A DNA stretch of 62,732 bases, filler included, from Coriobacteriales bacterium (GTDB lineage Bacteria; Actinomycetota; Coriobacteriia; Coriobacteriales; UBA8131), in NCBI GenBank assembly GCA_031263105.1. It is 5 parts of 5 records of this genome, joined end to end, with 100 filler letters (N's around TTAATTAATTAA, not from the genome) between each part and the next. Parts side by side here need not be neighbours in the genome. Positions count along the whole stretch, not along the records: positions 16,430 to 26,534 come from JAISGJ010000148.1; positions 26,635 to 53,917 come from JAISGJ010000211.1; 3 more parts are not named here. One strand, 5' to 3'. Position 1 is the stretch's first letter, and the number at the start of each line of letters is the position of its first letter. This document shows positions 18,078 through 28,633 of the stretch, piece after piece. A program made the position numbers and the translations under genes. The notes under the pieces were generated by a model, which saw only the letters and a program-made list of their open reading frames with translations, made no database searches and was not told the DNA's origin.

Positions 18078-19130
18078 CTATTCGGTGACGACATAGTGGT
18101 CCGTCTCGGGGGTCGCGGACGCGTCGGGGTCGACGGGCGGCAGGCCCTGTCTGACGCGCTCCATCATCTCGGAGAACTCGGGCTCCTGGATCGCGATGTA
18201 GGAGGCCTCGTCGTGGTAGTTGTTGTACGAGGGGATGGTCTCCATGTAGATGTCGTCGTCCTGTATGTCCTTCAGGCCGAGCAGCAAGGAGACGGCATCC
18301 AGAGACGTCAGGTCGGTCCTGACGCAGGCGGCCAGCCCCTCGATGAGACCGGGCAGGGCGACGGGGTCGGCGGCAAGCACCTCCTTGACGACCGCTTTGA
18401 GGAGGATGCGCTGGTTGACGACCCGCTGGTAGTCGCCCGTGGGATAGCTGCGGCACCGGCTGAGGATGAGCGCCTGCGCACCGTCGAGCCGCTGTTCCCC
18501 CGGCTCGATGCTGACGCCGTCGAGGTACACGGAAACCGGCACATCGACCGTCACGCCTCCCAAGGTGTCGACCAAGCCGACGACGCCCTCGAAGTTTATC
18601 TCCACGTAATGGGCGATGTCGACGCCGCACAGGGCAGAGACCGCCTGTATCGCGCCCGCCTGCTGCCCGTAGGTGTAGGCCGAGTTGATCTTCTGGGAGC
18701 CGTAGCCTTCGAGCTGGATCTCCGTGTCGCGCGGTATGCTGAGAAGCATGGCCTGGGGGACCTCGGGGTCGATACGCGCAAGGATGATGGTGTCGGAGCG
18801 ACCGGTGTAGTCGCCCGGCGTGCGCGAGTCGGAGCCGAGGAGCAGCACGTAATAGGGGTCGTCGACCTCCTTGGGGGCCACAAGGGCCTGCGAGATGCTC
18901 GCCTGCGCCTGCCCGTCGAACGCCAGACCCTCGTCGATACGCTGCGTGTAGAGCGCCGCCCAGACACCCACGGCGACGAGTACGGCGGCAAGCAGGATGC
19001 CGCCTCCTATGAGGGCGCGCTTGGGGGTTATGCGCAGCTTCTTCTTCTCCTGCTGCCCCTTCTGCTGCTCCCCTTGCCCCTTCTGCTGCTTCTTCTGTTC
19101 CGTTGCGCTCTGCCTGAGATGCTGAGCCAT
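18078..19130 (-). CDS. LCP (LytR-CpsA-Psr) family glycopolymer ligase
   Basis: Single TM, LLLGSDSR, RSDTI, SIPRD, KINSAY, GDYQR. Confidence 0.95.
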   Translation of the reverse strand: MAQHLRQSATEQKKQQKGQGEQQKGQQEKKKLRITPKRALIGGGILLAAVLVAVGVWAALYTQRIDEGLAFDGQAQASISQALVAPKEVDDPYYVLLLGSDSRTPGDYTGRSDTIILARIDPEVPQAMLLSIPRDTEIQLEGYGSQKINSAYTYGQQAGAIQAVSALCGVDIAHYVEINFEGVVGLVDTLGGVTVDVPVSVYLDGVSIEPGEQRLDGAQALILSRCRSYPTGDYQRVVNQRILLKAVVKEVLAADPVALPGLIEGLAACVRTDLTSLDAVSLLLGLKDIQDDDIYMETIPSYNNYHDEASYIAIQEPEFSEMMERVRQGLPPVDPDASATPETDHYVVTE

Positions 19131-19248
19131 ACCAACCCTTTCAAGAGAACCGTCGACAGCAAGCCGTCACCTTGCCACAACCTTGCCACGAATGTCGGCA
19201 ACGAACCCTCGGGAGACGATACTACCTGATTATCGTCTCCCGCGCACC

Positions 19249-19629
19249 GTTACTTTCACACCCCCCACTGCCATCCCGAGCCCCCACTGCCATTCCGAGC
19301 CCCCACTGCCATCCCGAGCCCCCACTGTCATTCCGAGCCCCCACTGTCATTCCGAGCCTGCCGAGGACTCCTCGACCGCGCCAGCGGTCGACCGCAGGGC
19401 GAAGGGCCCCCCGACCTGCCGTTGGACACTGCGTGTCCAAAGATTCCTCGGCGAAGCTCGGAATGACAGTGGGCGTGTGAGCAGCAGCCACGCGTCACCG
19501 GGCGCCGTACAGGCAGTGGGCGTGTGGGCAGCAGCCACGCGCCACCGGGCGCCGTACAGGCAGTGGGCGTGTGGGCAGCAGCCACGCGTCACCGTGCGCC
19601 GTACAGGCAGTGGGGGTGTGACGTGTAAC
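19249..19629. repeat. Expanded REP-like element: five tandem 19-bp left arms, core, and 47-bp tandem repeats
   Basis: CCCCCACTG(T/C)CAT(T/C)CCGAG x5; 47-bp period at 19467/19514/19561/19608; GTTAC...GTAAC ends. Confidence 0.9.
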
Positions 19630-19645
19630 CATCGCCTCCCTCGTA

Positions 19646-20722
19646 TCACCGGGCGCCGTACATCCGCTTGTAATAGTCGCGATACGCGCCGGAGGTCACC
19701 CCGGCGACCCAGTCCTGGTTGTCGAGGTACCACTGGATGGTCCTTACGATGCCGTCCTCGAAGGCGGTCTGCGGCCGCCAGCCCAAGGCCTCCCCTATCT
19801 TCGTGGGGTCTATGCCGTAGCGGCGGTCGTGCCCCTTACGGTCGGTCACATGCTCGATGAGGCGCTCGTCGACCGAGCGATCGACCTTCTCGCCCACATA
19901 GGAGAGGATCCCTTTGACGATCTGGATGTTCGTGCGCTCGTTGTGCCCCCCGATGTTGTAGACCTCGCCGGGCACGCCGCCCTCAAGCACCAGGTCGATG
20001 GCCTTGCAGTGATCCTCCACGTACAGCCAGTCGCGCACCTGCATGCCGTCCCCGTAGACGGGCAGCGCCTGATGGTGCAGGGCGTTGTTGAGCATCAGGG
20101 GTATGAGCTTCTCGGGGAACTGGAAGGGCCCGTAGTTGTTGGAGCAGCGGGTGATGTTGACGGGAAGCCGGTAGGTGTCCCCAAAGGCCTTGACAAAGAG
20201 GTCGGCCGCCGCCTTGCTCGCCGCATACGGGCTGTGGGGGTCGAGCGGGGTCTGCTCGGTGAAGAAGCCCTCGGGGCCCAACGAGCCGTAGACCTCATCG
20301 GTCGAGACCTGGAGGTAGCGGACGCCGGGACGGTAGCGGTCGTCGGCGGATGCGGCGGAGCCGACGACCTGCCAGGCCTCCCGGGCACATTGCAGCAGGT
20401 TCACCGTGCCCAGCACGTTGGTCTGCGTGAATATCTGCGGGTCGGATATGCTGCGGTCGACGTGGCTTTCCGCCGCAAAGTTGACGACGTAGTCGATGTC
20501 GTAGGAGGCGAAGAGCTCGGCGATGCGCACGGGGTCGCAGATGTCCGCCTGCACGAAGACGTGGCGCTTGTCCCCCTCTATCGCGCGAAGGTTCTCCAGG
20601 TTGCCAGCATAGGTGAGCTTGTCGACGTTGAGCACGAGAACCTCGGCGTCCTTTTGGAGAAGCTGGAGGACGTAGTTCGAGCCGATGAAGCCCGCGCCTC
20701 CGGTAACAAGATAGGTCCTCAT
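19646..20722 (-). CDS. rmlB: dTDP-glucose 4,6-dehydratase
   Basis: TGGAGFIG, AAESHVDRS, STDEVYG, YAASK, NNYGP, GHDRRY. Confidence 0.97.
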   Translation of the reverse strand: MRTYLVTGGAGFIGSNYVLQLLQKDAEVLVLNVDKLTYAGNLENLRAIEGDKRHVFVQADICDPVRIAELFASYDIDYVVNFAAESHVDRSISDPQIFTQTNVLGTVNLLQCAREAWQVVGSAASADDRYRPGVRYLQVSTDEVYGSLGPEGFFTEQTPLDPHSPYAASKAAADLFVKAFGDTYRLPVNITRCSNNYGPFQFPEKLIPLMLNNALHHQALPVYGDGMQVRDWLYVEDHCKAIDLVLEGGVPGEVYNIGGHNERTNIQIVKGILSYVGEKVDRSVDERLIEHVTDRKGHDRRYGIDPTKIGEALGWRPQTAFEDGIVRTIQWYLDNQDWVAGVTSGAYRDYYKRMYGAR

Positions 20723-20768
20723 GGGCGCTCCTTCCTCGCAGGCGCTTCTTCCCTGTACGCTGCCTCCC

Positions 20769-21665
20769 TCATGGGCGCTCCTTCGCCAGGTATTCCGCAA
20801 GATAGCTGGCGAGGGCGTCCTGCCATTCGCGCATCTCGTCCCCCACGGTGGCCCTGAGACGGGCGTTGTCCAGCATCGAGTACGCAGGGCGCTTGGCGGC
20901 GCGCACGAACTCATCGCTGGAACAGGGGGTCTTCGTGCAGGGCACGCCCGCGCCGTCCACGATGGCGACCGCGAAGTCGAACCAGCTGCAAACGCCGTTG
21001 TTGGTGGCATGATAGATGCCATACTCCGTGGTACGCGCAAGTTTGAGCAGGGTGTAGGCGAGGTCGTTGGCGTTGGTGGGGTTGCCATGCTGGTCGTCCA
21101 CCACCTGTATCGCACCGGCGCTGCGCGCCCGCTCTAAAATGGCCTTGACGAAGTTCTTGCCGACAAGGCCGTACAGCCATGCCGTCCGCGCGATGAAGTA
21201 GCGCTCGCATTCCTCGGCGACCGCCTGCTCGCCGAGGAGCTTGCTCTTGCCGTAGATGCTCTGGGGCGCACACGGGTCCGTCTCGATGCGGGGCGTGGGG
21301 TCGTCGCCCGCGAACACGTAGTCGGTCGAGACGTGCACCAGCACGGCACCTGTCTGCTGTGCGGCGCGCGCAAGGTTGCGCGGCCCGTCCGCGTTGACCG
21401 CGTAGGCGAGGTCCTGATGGGTCTCGCAGGCGTCCACGTCCGTATAGGCGGCACAGTTGATGATAAGGTCGAAGCCTCCCTCGGAAACGAAGCGCTGCAC
21501 CGCCGGCCAGTCGGTGATGTCGAGCTCCTGCATGTCCGTCAGGGCCATCCGCGCGTCCCGGTAGTCGGAGAAGGAGGGACCGATCTGCGCGGCCCCGTCC
21601 CGAATGATGCGCTGAAGCTCGTTGCCCAACTGCCCGTTCGCGCCGGTGATAAGAATGTCCATCAT
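20769..21665 (-). CDS. rmlD: dTDP-4-dehydrorhamnose reductase
   Basis: GANGQLG, AAYTDVD, STDYVF, YGKSK, DQHGNPT. Confidence 0.97.
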   Translation of the reverse strand: MMDILITGANGQLGNELQRIIRDGAAQIGPSFSDYRDARMALTDMQELDITDWPAVQRFVSEGGFDLIINCAAYTDVDACETHQDLAYAVNADGPRNLARAAQQTGAVLVHVSTDYVFAGDDPTPRIETDPCAPQSIYGKSKLLGEQAVAEECERYFIARTAWLYGLVGKNFVKAILERARSAGAIQVVDDQHGNPTNANDLAYTLLKLARTTEYGIYHATNNGVCSWFDFAVAIVDGAGVPCTKTPCSSDEFVRAAKRPAYSMLDNARLRATVGDEMREWQDALASYLAEYLAKERP

Positions 21666-21668
21666 GGG

Positions 21669-22562
21669 TTAAAAGTCCTTTTTCGAAGTGATGATCTTAC
21701 GTGCCGCCACATTGTTCAGGTGCTCCGCATAGGACGACTTCCCATAGCGCTCGGCAGTCTCACGCAGCTTGTCCTCGTCGATCCACTCGTTGAGGTAGGC
21801 GATCTCCTCGAGCGCGGCCAGCACGAGCCCCTGGTGCTCCTGGATCACCTTGACGAACTCGCTTGCCTGATACAGCGTGGAGACGGTGCCGGTGTCGAGC
21901 CAGGTGTAGCCCCGCCCCAAGGTGATGACGTCGAGGGAGCCGTCCTCCAGGTACAGGCGGTTGAGATCGGTTATCTCCAGCTCGCCCCGTGCGCTCGGCT
22001 TGACCCTGTGCGCGAACTCGCAGACCCGCTCGTCGTAGAAGTAGAGCCCCGTCACACAGTAGTTGGACTTGGGCAAGGCGGGCTTCTCCTCCAAGGAGAT
22101 GGCCTTGCCCTCCTCGTCGAACTCCACGATGCCGAAGCGCTGGGGGTCGTCCACATAATACCCGAAGAGCGTGGCGCCCTGCGCACGGGCGGCGGCGGTC
22201 TTGAGGTGGCGCGTCAAGCCGTTGCCGTAGAAGATGTTGTCGCCGAGGATGAGCGCACAGCTGCTTTCGCCCACGAACTCCTCCCCGATGATGAACGCCT
22301 GGGCCAAGCCGTCGGGCGAGGGCTGCACCGCATAGCTGAGGCTGATGCCGAAGCTCGAGCCGTCGCCGAGAAGCCGCTCGAAGTTGGGGAGGTCGTGCGG
22401 CGTGGAGATGAGGAGGATGTCGCGGATGCCCGCCAGCATGAGGATGCTGAGCGGATAGTAGATCATGGGCTTGTCGTAGACCGGCAGAAGCTGCTTGGAT
22501 GTGACGAGCGTCACCGGATAGAGCCGTGTGCCCGACCCTCCCGCAAGAACGATTCCTTTCAC
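21669..22562 (-). CDS. rmlA: Glucose-1-phosphate thymidylyltransferase
   Basis: [39 protein letters not shown]. Confidence 0.98.
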   Translation of the reverse strand: MKGIVLAGGSGTRLYPVTLVTSKQLLPVYDKPMIYYPLSILMLAGIRDILLISTPHDLPNFERLLGDGSSFGISLSYAVQPSPDGLAQAFIIGEEFVGESSCALILGDNIFYGNGLTRHLKTAAARAQGATLFGYYVDDPQRFGIVEFDEEGKAISLEEKPALPKSNYCVTGLYFYDERVCEFAHRVKPSARGELEITDLNRLYLEDGSLDVITLGRGYTWLDTGTVSTLYQASEFVKVIQEHQGLVLAALEEIAYLNEWIDEDKLRETAERYGKSSYAEHLNNVAARKIITSKKDF

Positions 22563-23827
22563 ATGCCTTCCTTTCCTGCATCCTGCCTTGGCTGGCGTGC
22601 GCCCGGTGCCGACCCCGATTCCGGCCCCTGCTGCCCCGGCGGCGCCTCGCCCGGCCCTGGCATCTCACCCGGCCCTGGCGGCGCCTCGCCCAAGCCCGCA
22701 TCCGGCCCCGTGTCCGACTCCCCTGGCCTCACGCGCGGGCTGTAATGATGGCGCAGCACCGAGGTGTACAGGCCGAGCCGCCATATCAGGAACGCCGATA
22801 TGAGGGCCAGTCCCGCAAAGAGCGCATAGACCACGATGCCGTGGCTGTTGGAGATAAGTATACCGCCCCCTGTCAACACGGCCGTCCAGACATAGACGAT
22901 AACGACCACCTGCTGAGGGTTGAGCCCGTTGCGCAACATGACGTGATGGAAGTGGTCCATGTCGAACAGGTGCACCGGCTGCCTGCGCCGGATGCGCCGG
23001 ATAATGGCAAAGAGGGTGTCCAGCACGGGGAAGCCCGCGAATATGATGGGAGCGGTCAGGGCGATGACGGTCGGAGAGCGCATGGCCCCGATAAGGGAGA
23101 CGACCCCGAGCAGGGTGCCGAGCATCAACGAGCCGGAGTCCCCCATATACAGGGATGCAGGGTGCCGGTTGTACCGCAGGAACGCAAGGCAGACGCCGAC
23201 GAGGACGATGGAGAGGATCATCGCCTCCGTGCGCCCCTTGAGGAGGGCGACGCAGAGCAAACCGAAGGCGACGATGGCGACGACGCCGGCGGCAAGCCCA
23301 TCCAGCCCGTCGACCAGGTTGATGATGTTGGCAAAGGCGACGAGGTAGAGGATGGTGAGCGGATAGGAGACCCAGCCGAAGGCGACATGCTCGCTTCCGA
23401 AGGGGTTGCCTATGCCTTCGAGCAGGACGCCCGACAAGACGATGGCGGACGCGGCTACGAGCTGGCCGACGAACTTGATGCCCGGGTGCAGCCTCTTGAT
23501 GTCGTCAACGGCACCTACTCCCACCATGAACGTGATGCCGGCCATCACGCCAAGGTACCGGATGGTGGGAAGGTTGCCCGAGTTGAACAGGCCCGGCCAT
23601 CCCCAGACGAACTCGCCGACCGCCTCGACAACCAAGGCGACCAACAGGCCGCCAAACAGGGCGAGCCCGCCCAGGCGTGGCACGGGGTAGGTGTTGATCC
23701 GACGTTTGCTGGGATAGTCTATGGCATCGAACCGCTTGCTCAATCGCTTTGAGGTAGGGACAAGCGCAAGCGTGACGACGAATGCGACAGCGCCCAACAA
23801 CACGGTATGCAGCAAGTCGAACCCCAT
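22559..23827 (-). CDS. WecA/TagO-type undecaprenyl-phosphate GlcNAc-1-P transferase (MraY family)
   Basis: [28 protein letters not shown]; start may be 23875. Confidence 0.92.
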   Translation of the reverse strand: MGFDLLHTVLLGAVAFVVTLALVPTSKRLSKRFDAIDYPSKRRINTYPVPRLGGLALFGGLLVALVVEAVGEFVWGWPGLFNSGNLPTIRYLGVMAGITFMVGVGAVDDIKRLHPGIKFVGQLVAASAIVLSGVLLEGIGNPFGSEHVAFGWVSYPLTILYLVAFANIINLVDGLDGLAAGVVAIVAFGLLCVALLKGRTEAMILSIVLVGVCLAFLRYNRHPASLYMGDSGSLMLGTLLGVVSLIGAMRSPTVIALTAPIIFAGFPVLDTLFAIIRRIRRRQPVHLFDMDHFHHVMLRNGLNPQQVVVIVYVWTAVLTGGGILISNSHGIVVYALFAGLALISAFLIWRLGLYTSVLRHHYSPRVRPGESDTGPDAGLGEAPPGPGEMPGPGEAPPGQQGPESGSAPGARQPRQDAGKEGM

Positions 23828-24049
23828 AAGAACAAGCCTGGCCTGGCTGGCTTCCCTCCGTTTGCTTTCCTCCAACGAGAGCGCACCGTGCTACCGCCCT
23901 AGCCGTCGCACTCGCAGGCTCGTTGCTCCAAACAAGGGCCCACCGGGCCCTTGTTCCTTTCAAACGACGCACTCGCCCGTACTGTGCTCCTCGCAAAAGG
24001 CAACTTTCAAATGATACCCTACTTTGGGCAGCCCTGCTTGCCAGCCTGT

Positions 24050-24225
24050 GCGCCGTGCGGCAGCGCCGTGCGGCGCCGTGCCGCGCCGTGTGGCGCCGTG
24101 CCGCGCCGTGTGGCGCCGTGCGGCAGCGCCGTGCGGCAGCGCCGTGCCGCGCCGTGCGACAGCGCCGTGCGACAGCGCCGTGCGGCGCCGTGCGGCAGCG
24201 CCCCGCAGCAGCGCCGTGCGGCAGC
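24050..24225. repeat. Tandem array of 10/13-bp units with core GCGCCGTG
   Basis: ~15 copies: GCGCCGTGCGGCA, GCGCCGTGCC, GCGCCGTGTG, GCGCCGTGCGACA. Confidence 0.9.
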
Positions 24226-24234
24226 TGCGGTCGT

Positions 24235-24479
24235 GTTACAGTTCACGCCCCCCTGTCATTCCGAGCTCCGCCGAGGAATCCTTGGACACGCAGTGTCCAA
24301 CGGCAGGTCGGGGGGGCCCTCGACCTGCGGTCGACCGCTTGCGCGGTCGAGGATCCCTCGACCTGCAGTCGACCGCTGGCGCGGTCGAGGATCCCTCGGC
24401 AGGCTCGGGATGACAGCGGGGCTCGGGATGACAGCGGGGCTCGGGATGACAGTGGGGTATCCGTGGGGCGTGAACTAAC
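24235..24479. repeat. REP-like element with triplicated right arm
   Basis: GTTACAGTTCACGCCCC...core...GCTCGGGATGACAG x3...GGGGCGTGAAC. Confidence 0.9.
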
Positions 24480-24515
24480 GCGGTCGTCGCACAGCTGCCG
24501 CTCTGTCGTGAGGTG

Positions 24516-26105
24516 TCAGCCCCGGATGATCTCCAGCGCCTGCTCGCGGAAGGCATCCATCACATAGGTGATGCCGGAGACCTCGGCCGCCTCGGGAGTG
24601 AGCGCGACGAGGTTGTCGCGGGTGATGGAGGCGAGGTTCATGCAGCGCGAGCCCGCCATGATCTGCTGGAGGCCCACCTTGAGGCGGTCGGCGTAGGTGT
24701 AGATGCCGACGGCGCCGAGCGGGATGCGGTCGATGTCCTTGCCGTACTTGGCCTTGAGAGTCTCGTAGGAGACGAATATCTCCTCCTTCGTCGCCCCGAA
24801 CTCGCTGACGGTCTTGGGAAGGTTGCCCTCCTTGATCCACTTCTCGATGTTCCTGCCCACAAAGCCGGGGATCATGAGCGCGCGGCCCATGCAGACGGCC
24901 TTGAAGTACGGCGCACCCATGGCGAGCGCCTTGTAGATGCCCGCCTCCTCGGAGAAGCTGCCGGCGATGGCGAGGTCGGGCACGTAGGCGCCCTGTGCAT
25001 CGAGCATTCCCGCCAGCTCATAGGCCATCGACTGAAGATAGAAGGTCGGGATGCCCCATTCCTCCATCATGCGCCAGGGGCTCATGCCCGTGCCGCCGGG
25101 GGCGCCGTCGATGGTGAGAAGGTCGATGTGCGCGTTGGACGACCACTTGAGCGCCATGGCAAGCTCCCGCATGGGGTAGGCGCCGGTCTTGAGCGTCACA
25201 CGCTTGGCGCCGAGCGCCCTCAGCTCCTCGACGCTGTTGTAGAAGTCCTCCTCGTCTATGAAGCCGAGACGGCTGTGGCGCTCGAAATGCTTGATGGCGC
25301 CGTCCTTGAACGCAGCCTGTATCGCCTCGTTGGAGGGGTCAGGGGTCACGATGTACCCACGGCTCTGCAGCTCAAGGGCGCGCTCGAGGCTGTCGACCTT
25401 GATCTCGCCGCCGATGCACTTCGCGCCCTGGCCCCATTTGAGCTCGACGGTCTCCACGCCAAGCTCCTCGATGACGTAGCGCGCGACGCCGAGACGGGTG
25501 TCCTCGACGTTCATCTGCACGAGGATGTCGCCGTGCTCCTCCTGGAACTCCTTGTACAGCTTGACGCGACGCTCCATGTCGGGGGCCTTGGTGACCTTGC
25601 CCTGCGCATCGCGCTCAAGGGCAGGGTCGATGCCACAGACGTTCTCACCGCAGACCAGCGAGATGCCCGCTATCGCAGTGCCGATGGCGAACTGCTCCCA
25701 ATTGGCGCGCGCGACCTCGGTGGAGCCGAGGGCCCCCGTGAATATGGGCATGGTCATGCGCACCTTGTTCTTCCAGCCGAACTCCGTGCCGGTATCGACG
25801 GTGGGGAAGGTCGCGGTGTCAGGGCCTGCCTCAAGGCCTTCGGGCAGCCCCTCAAGACCCAGCGCATACCCGTTGATGTTGAGGTGCGAGTAGTCGATGG
25901 GGTAGTCCTTGTCCGCGCCTGCGGTCACATGGCCGAAGGGCCCGGGGTAGATGACCTCGCGGCCGCGGAACGAGGACTTGAACACCTCGCAGTTGCCACG
26001 GCAGTCGTCGAGACAGCGCGTGCACAATCCGCTGACGGGCACCACGCTCCGTGAACGGTTGACGGTCTGCGTGGCATCGTTCGAGTTCGGACGTTGCAGG
26101 TTCAT
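24516..26105 (-). CDS. Stand-alone FMN-binding glutamate synthase family protein
   Basis: ELKWGQGAK, DGAPGGTG, KALAMGA, MGRA; N-terminal Cys cluster CTRCLDDCRGNC; GGGAG RBS. Confidence 0.88.
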   Translation of the reverse strand: MNLQRPNSNDATQTVNRSRSVVPVSGLCTRCLDDCRGNCEVFKSSFRGREVIYPGPFGHVTAGADKDYPIDYSHLNINGYALGLEGLPEGLEAGPDTATFPTVDTGTEFGWKNKVRMTMPIFTGALGSTEVARANWEQFAIGTAIAGISLVCGENVCGIDPALERDAQGKVTKAPDMERRVKLYKEFQEEHGDILVQMNVEDTRLGVARYVIEELGVETVELKWGQGAKCIGGEIKVDSLERALELQSRGYIVTPDPSNEAIQAAFKDGAIKHFERHSRLGFIDEEDFYNSVEELRALGAKRVTLKTGAYPMRELAMALKWSSNAHIDLLTIDGAPGGTGMSPWRMMEEWGIPTFYLQSMAYELAGMLDAQGAYVPDLAIAGSFSEEAGIYKALAMGAPYFKAVCMGRALMIPGFVGRNIEKWIKEGNLPKTVSEFGATKEEIFVSYETLKAKYGKDIDRIPLGAVGIYTYADRLKVGLQQIMAGSRCMNLASITRDNLVALTPEAAEVSGITYVMDAFREQALEIIRG

Positions 26106-26343
26106 GATTGTTCTCCCTTCGGATGTACCTATCCTCTCCAGTCCCATAAGTGGGCGCTCCGCTTCGCACCGAGAGGCCTCAGAGGGGGCGCCCGTCCAGC
26201 GCAGGCCGACCCACATGCTCTCAGTACGAACATAAGCTGTTCCATGATAGCACCTCTTGGACAGGAACCCTGCACATCCTACGGTTACCGCACACCGTTA
26301 CTGTGCACTGCGCACTGTGCACACCCTGTGCACCCTGAGCACA

Positions 26344-26534
26344 CCCCCACTGTCATCCGTTACCGAGCTCACGCCCCACTGTCATCCCGAGCCCCCACTG
26401 CCATCCCGAGCCCCCACTGTCATCCCGAGCCCCCACTGGCAGTCCGAGCCCCGCCGAGGAAGCGTTGGACACGCAGTGTCCAACGGCCGGGCGGGGGGGC
26501 CCTTCGACCGGCGGGCGTCCGCTGCGCCGTCGAA
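26344..26534. repeat. REP-like element, truncated by the contig end
   Basis: GTTAC, tandem CCCCACTGTCATCCCGAGC arms, TTGGACACGCAGTGTCCAA core. Confidence 0.85.
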
Positions 26535-26634
26535 NNNNNNNNNNNNNNNNNNNNNNNNNNNNNNNNNNNNNNNNNNNNTTAATTAATTAANNNNNNNNNN
26601 NNNNNNNNNNNNNNNNNNNNNNNNNNNNNNNNNN
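26535..26634. other. Artificial contig linker
   Basis: N run with TTAATTAATTAA. Confidence 0.98.
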
Positions 26635-26750
26635 CCCCGGCTCTGCGTTGGGAACAGGCGGCATTACCACAAGTAGGGCCACCTGTTCCCGCCTTGACCC
26701 GGGGCAATCCGTCCCACAGGCTATCGTACAATTTATTACTTTACAGTTCC

Positions 26751-26905
26751 TTACTGTTCGCACCCTACTGTCATTCCGAGCGAAGCCGAGGAATCTTTGG
26801 ACGCGCCAGCGCCCGACCGGGCCAGTTGGACACTGCGTGTCCAAGGATTCTCACGCTGCGCGCCCTTGCGGGCGCTTCGCTCAGACAGTAGGGTGCGAAC
26901 AGTAA
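26751..26905. repeat. REP-like element variant
   Basis: Perfect 22-bp IR TTACTGTTCGCACCCTACTGTC / GACAGTAGGGTGCGAACAGTAA. Confidence 0.88.
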
Positions 26906-27026
26906 CAGTTACAGGGCTGTTTGGTGCCCGCGCCCTGTGAACAGGAACCGCGCCTTGCATGGGGCGGCTTGAGACCAAGGGGCCAAACTGCGGTACAATC
27001 TATCGGACAGGGAGAAGCAGGAGGAC

Positions 27027-28631
27027 ATGGACAGCACCACCGCTCACAGGAACCGTGTGGCAGGCACTGAAGGGCGAGCCGAGGGCCGCTTGCGCGGAGC
27101 ACTCTTCAGCCGCATCTTCAGCCGACCGCTCCGCTGCTTTCTCGGTCTTGCCTTCCTCGAGGCCCAGACGCAGTTGCTCTACGCAAGCAATGTGCTGCTC
27201 GTGTCGTCGGTCGAGATGCTGCCCCTGTCCATCACACACCTCTTCTCGACTGTCGCCGTCGTTCTGGCGGGCGTCGTCATTCTCGCCTTCTCCACCCGCC
27301 TGACCCCTCTTGCCAGCCGTCGGAAGCTGCTGTGGGCCCTCGCTGTCGCAGGCTCGCTTGGCACCGTCGGCGTGAGCGTTGTCAGCCTCGGCGTGCTCGC
27401 ACCCTGGTGGATGGTTGTCTGCGTCGCCTGCACCGCCTTCTCCGGCTTTGTGCTCACCTTGGCCTGGGTGGAGCTTTTTGCGACCCAGGGGGTGCGCGGT
27501 GCGCTTGTGGCCTATGCGCTGGCCGTTGCCTTGGGCTGGCTGCTGGGCCTTGTGCTCACCTTGCTGCCCCAGGCACTTGCCATCCCCTTGGTCGCCGTGC
27601 TGCCCCTGTGCTCCGTTCTCAGCCTGCGTCCGCACGAGAGCGGCCTGCTTGTCTCCTACGCCGACGAGCGTCCCCGCCCCACCTTGTCGCAGCTGCTGCG
27701 TCTCACCCCTTGGCAGTTCATCCTGGTTGCCGGCCTCGTGAACTTCGCCTTTGGCGCGGTGCGCACCAGCTACCTGCCTGTTGACCCTACGGCGGACACG
27801 ACAGGGCAGTTCCTGCTCACGGCAGCCCTCGGCCTCGTGGCATTCATCATCGCCGGGTTCGTCGCCCTGTTCTCCTTCAGGCGCAATTACACCATAGCAT
27901 ACTATATTGCCATTCCTTGCATCGCTCTCACCTGCCTGCTTCTGGCTCTGCCCATGCCCCTGCCCGCCTCGCTCATGCTTTCTGTCACCTCGGTGGGCAC
28001 CGATCTGGTGCGCCTGCTCGTCTGGCTCCTGCTCATCGCCGCCGTTGCCACCCGACGGGTGCCGATGGCCTTCAGCTTCGCGCTGCTTACGGCAACCCAG
28101 TTCGCCTGCGTTCTGCTCGGGCAGCTTACCGCCGTTGCAGCCGACGCCCACCCCTTCGTCGTCTCCTTCGCGGTGCTCCTCATGCTGCTGATTGCCACGC
28201 TGGTGGTCGTAAGCGCGCGCACGCTGCTCCCCGGCACGGAGCCCGCACCGGCAACAGGGGGCGCTGCCTCACTGGGCGCGTTGGGCGCAGGTGCGTCCGC
28301 CGCCCCCGGCGCACGTGCACCCGGCGTCCCCAGCGCACCGGCCGCCGCCTTGGGCCACGCACCCCCGCCCCCCGTCTCTGCCGTCTCGGCGGCGGCACTG
28401 GGCGCAGAGGAGCAGGCCCGCCTGCTCGCGGTGCGTCACCGCCTCTCTCCGCGCGAGCAGGAGGTCGCCGCCATCTGGCTGGCCGGGCACACCGGCAGCT
28501 ATATCGAGCGCACCCTGCACATCTCGAAGCACACGGTGAAGACCCACTTAGGCCACATCTACCAGAAGACCGGCACCACCAACAAAGAGGAGCTCCTGGC
28601 TCTGCTGGAGCGCCTCCCTCCGCAGGATTGA
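27027..28631 (+). CDS. Multi-TM LuxR-family one-component regulator
   Basis: ~12 TM segments then LSPREQEV...ISKHTVKTHLGHIYQK HTH; AGGAGG RBS; TACAAT at 26994. Confidence 0.92.
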   Translation: MDSTTAHRNRVAGTEGRAEGRLRGALFSRIFSRPLRCFLGLAFLEAQTQLLYASNVLLVSSVEMLPLSITHLFSTVAVVLAGVVILAFSTRLTPLASRRKLLWALAVAGSLGTVGVSVVSLGVLAPWWMVVCVACTAFSGFVLTLAWVELFATQGVRGALVAYALAVALGWLLGLVLTLLPQALAIPLVAVLPLCSVLSLRPHESGLLVSYADERPRPTLSQLLRLTPWQFILVAGLVNFAFGAVRTSYLPVDPTADTTGQFLLTAALGLVAFIIAGFVALFSFRRNYTIAYYIAIPCIALTCLLLALPMPLPASLMLSVTSVGTDLVRLLVWLLLIAAVATRRVPMAFSFALLTATQFACVLLGQLTAVAADAHPFVVSFAVLLMLLIATLVVVSARTLLPGTEPAPATGGAASLGALGAGASAAPGARAPGVPSAPAAALGHAPPPPVSAVSAAALGAEEQARLLAVRHRLSPREQEVAAIWLAGHTGSYIERTLHISKHTVKTHLGHIYQKTGTTNKEELLALLERLPPQD

Positions 28632-28633
28632 GC

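Noticed and set aside
19172..19480. Recurrent small ORFs with PHCHSE/VIPS motifs as a protein family
   Set aside because: They are translations of the palindromic repeat, with no consistent start or RBS
19467..19620. Possible CRISPR array
   Set aside because: The units are near-identical tandem 47-mers with no unique spacers; no cas genes are present
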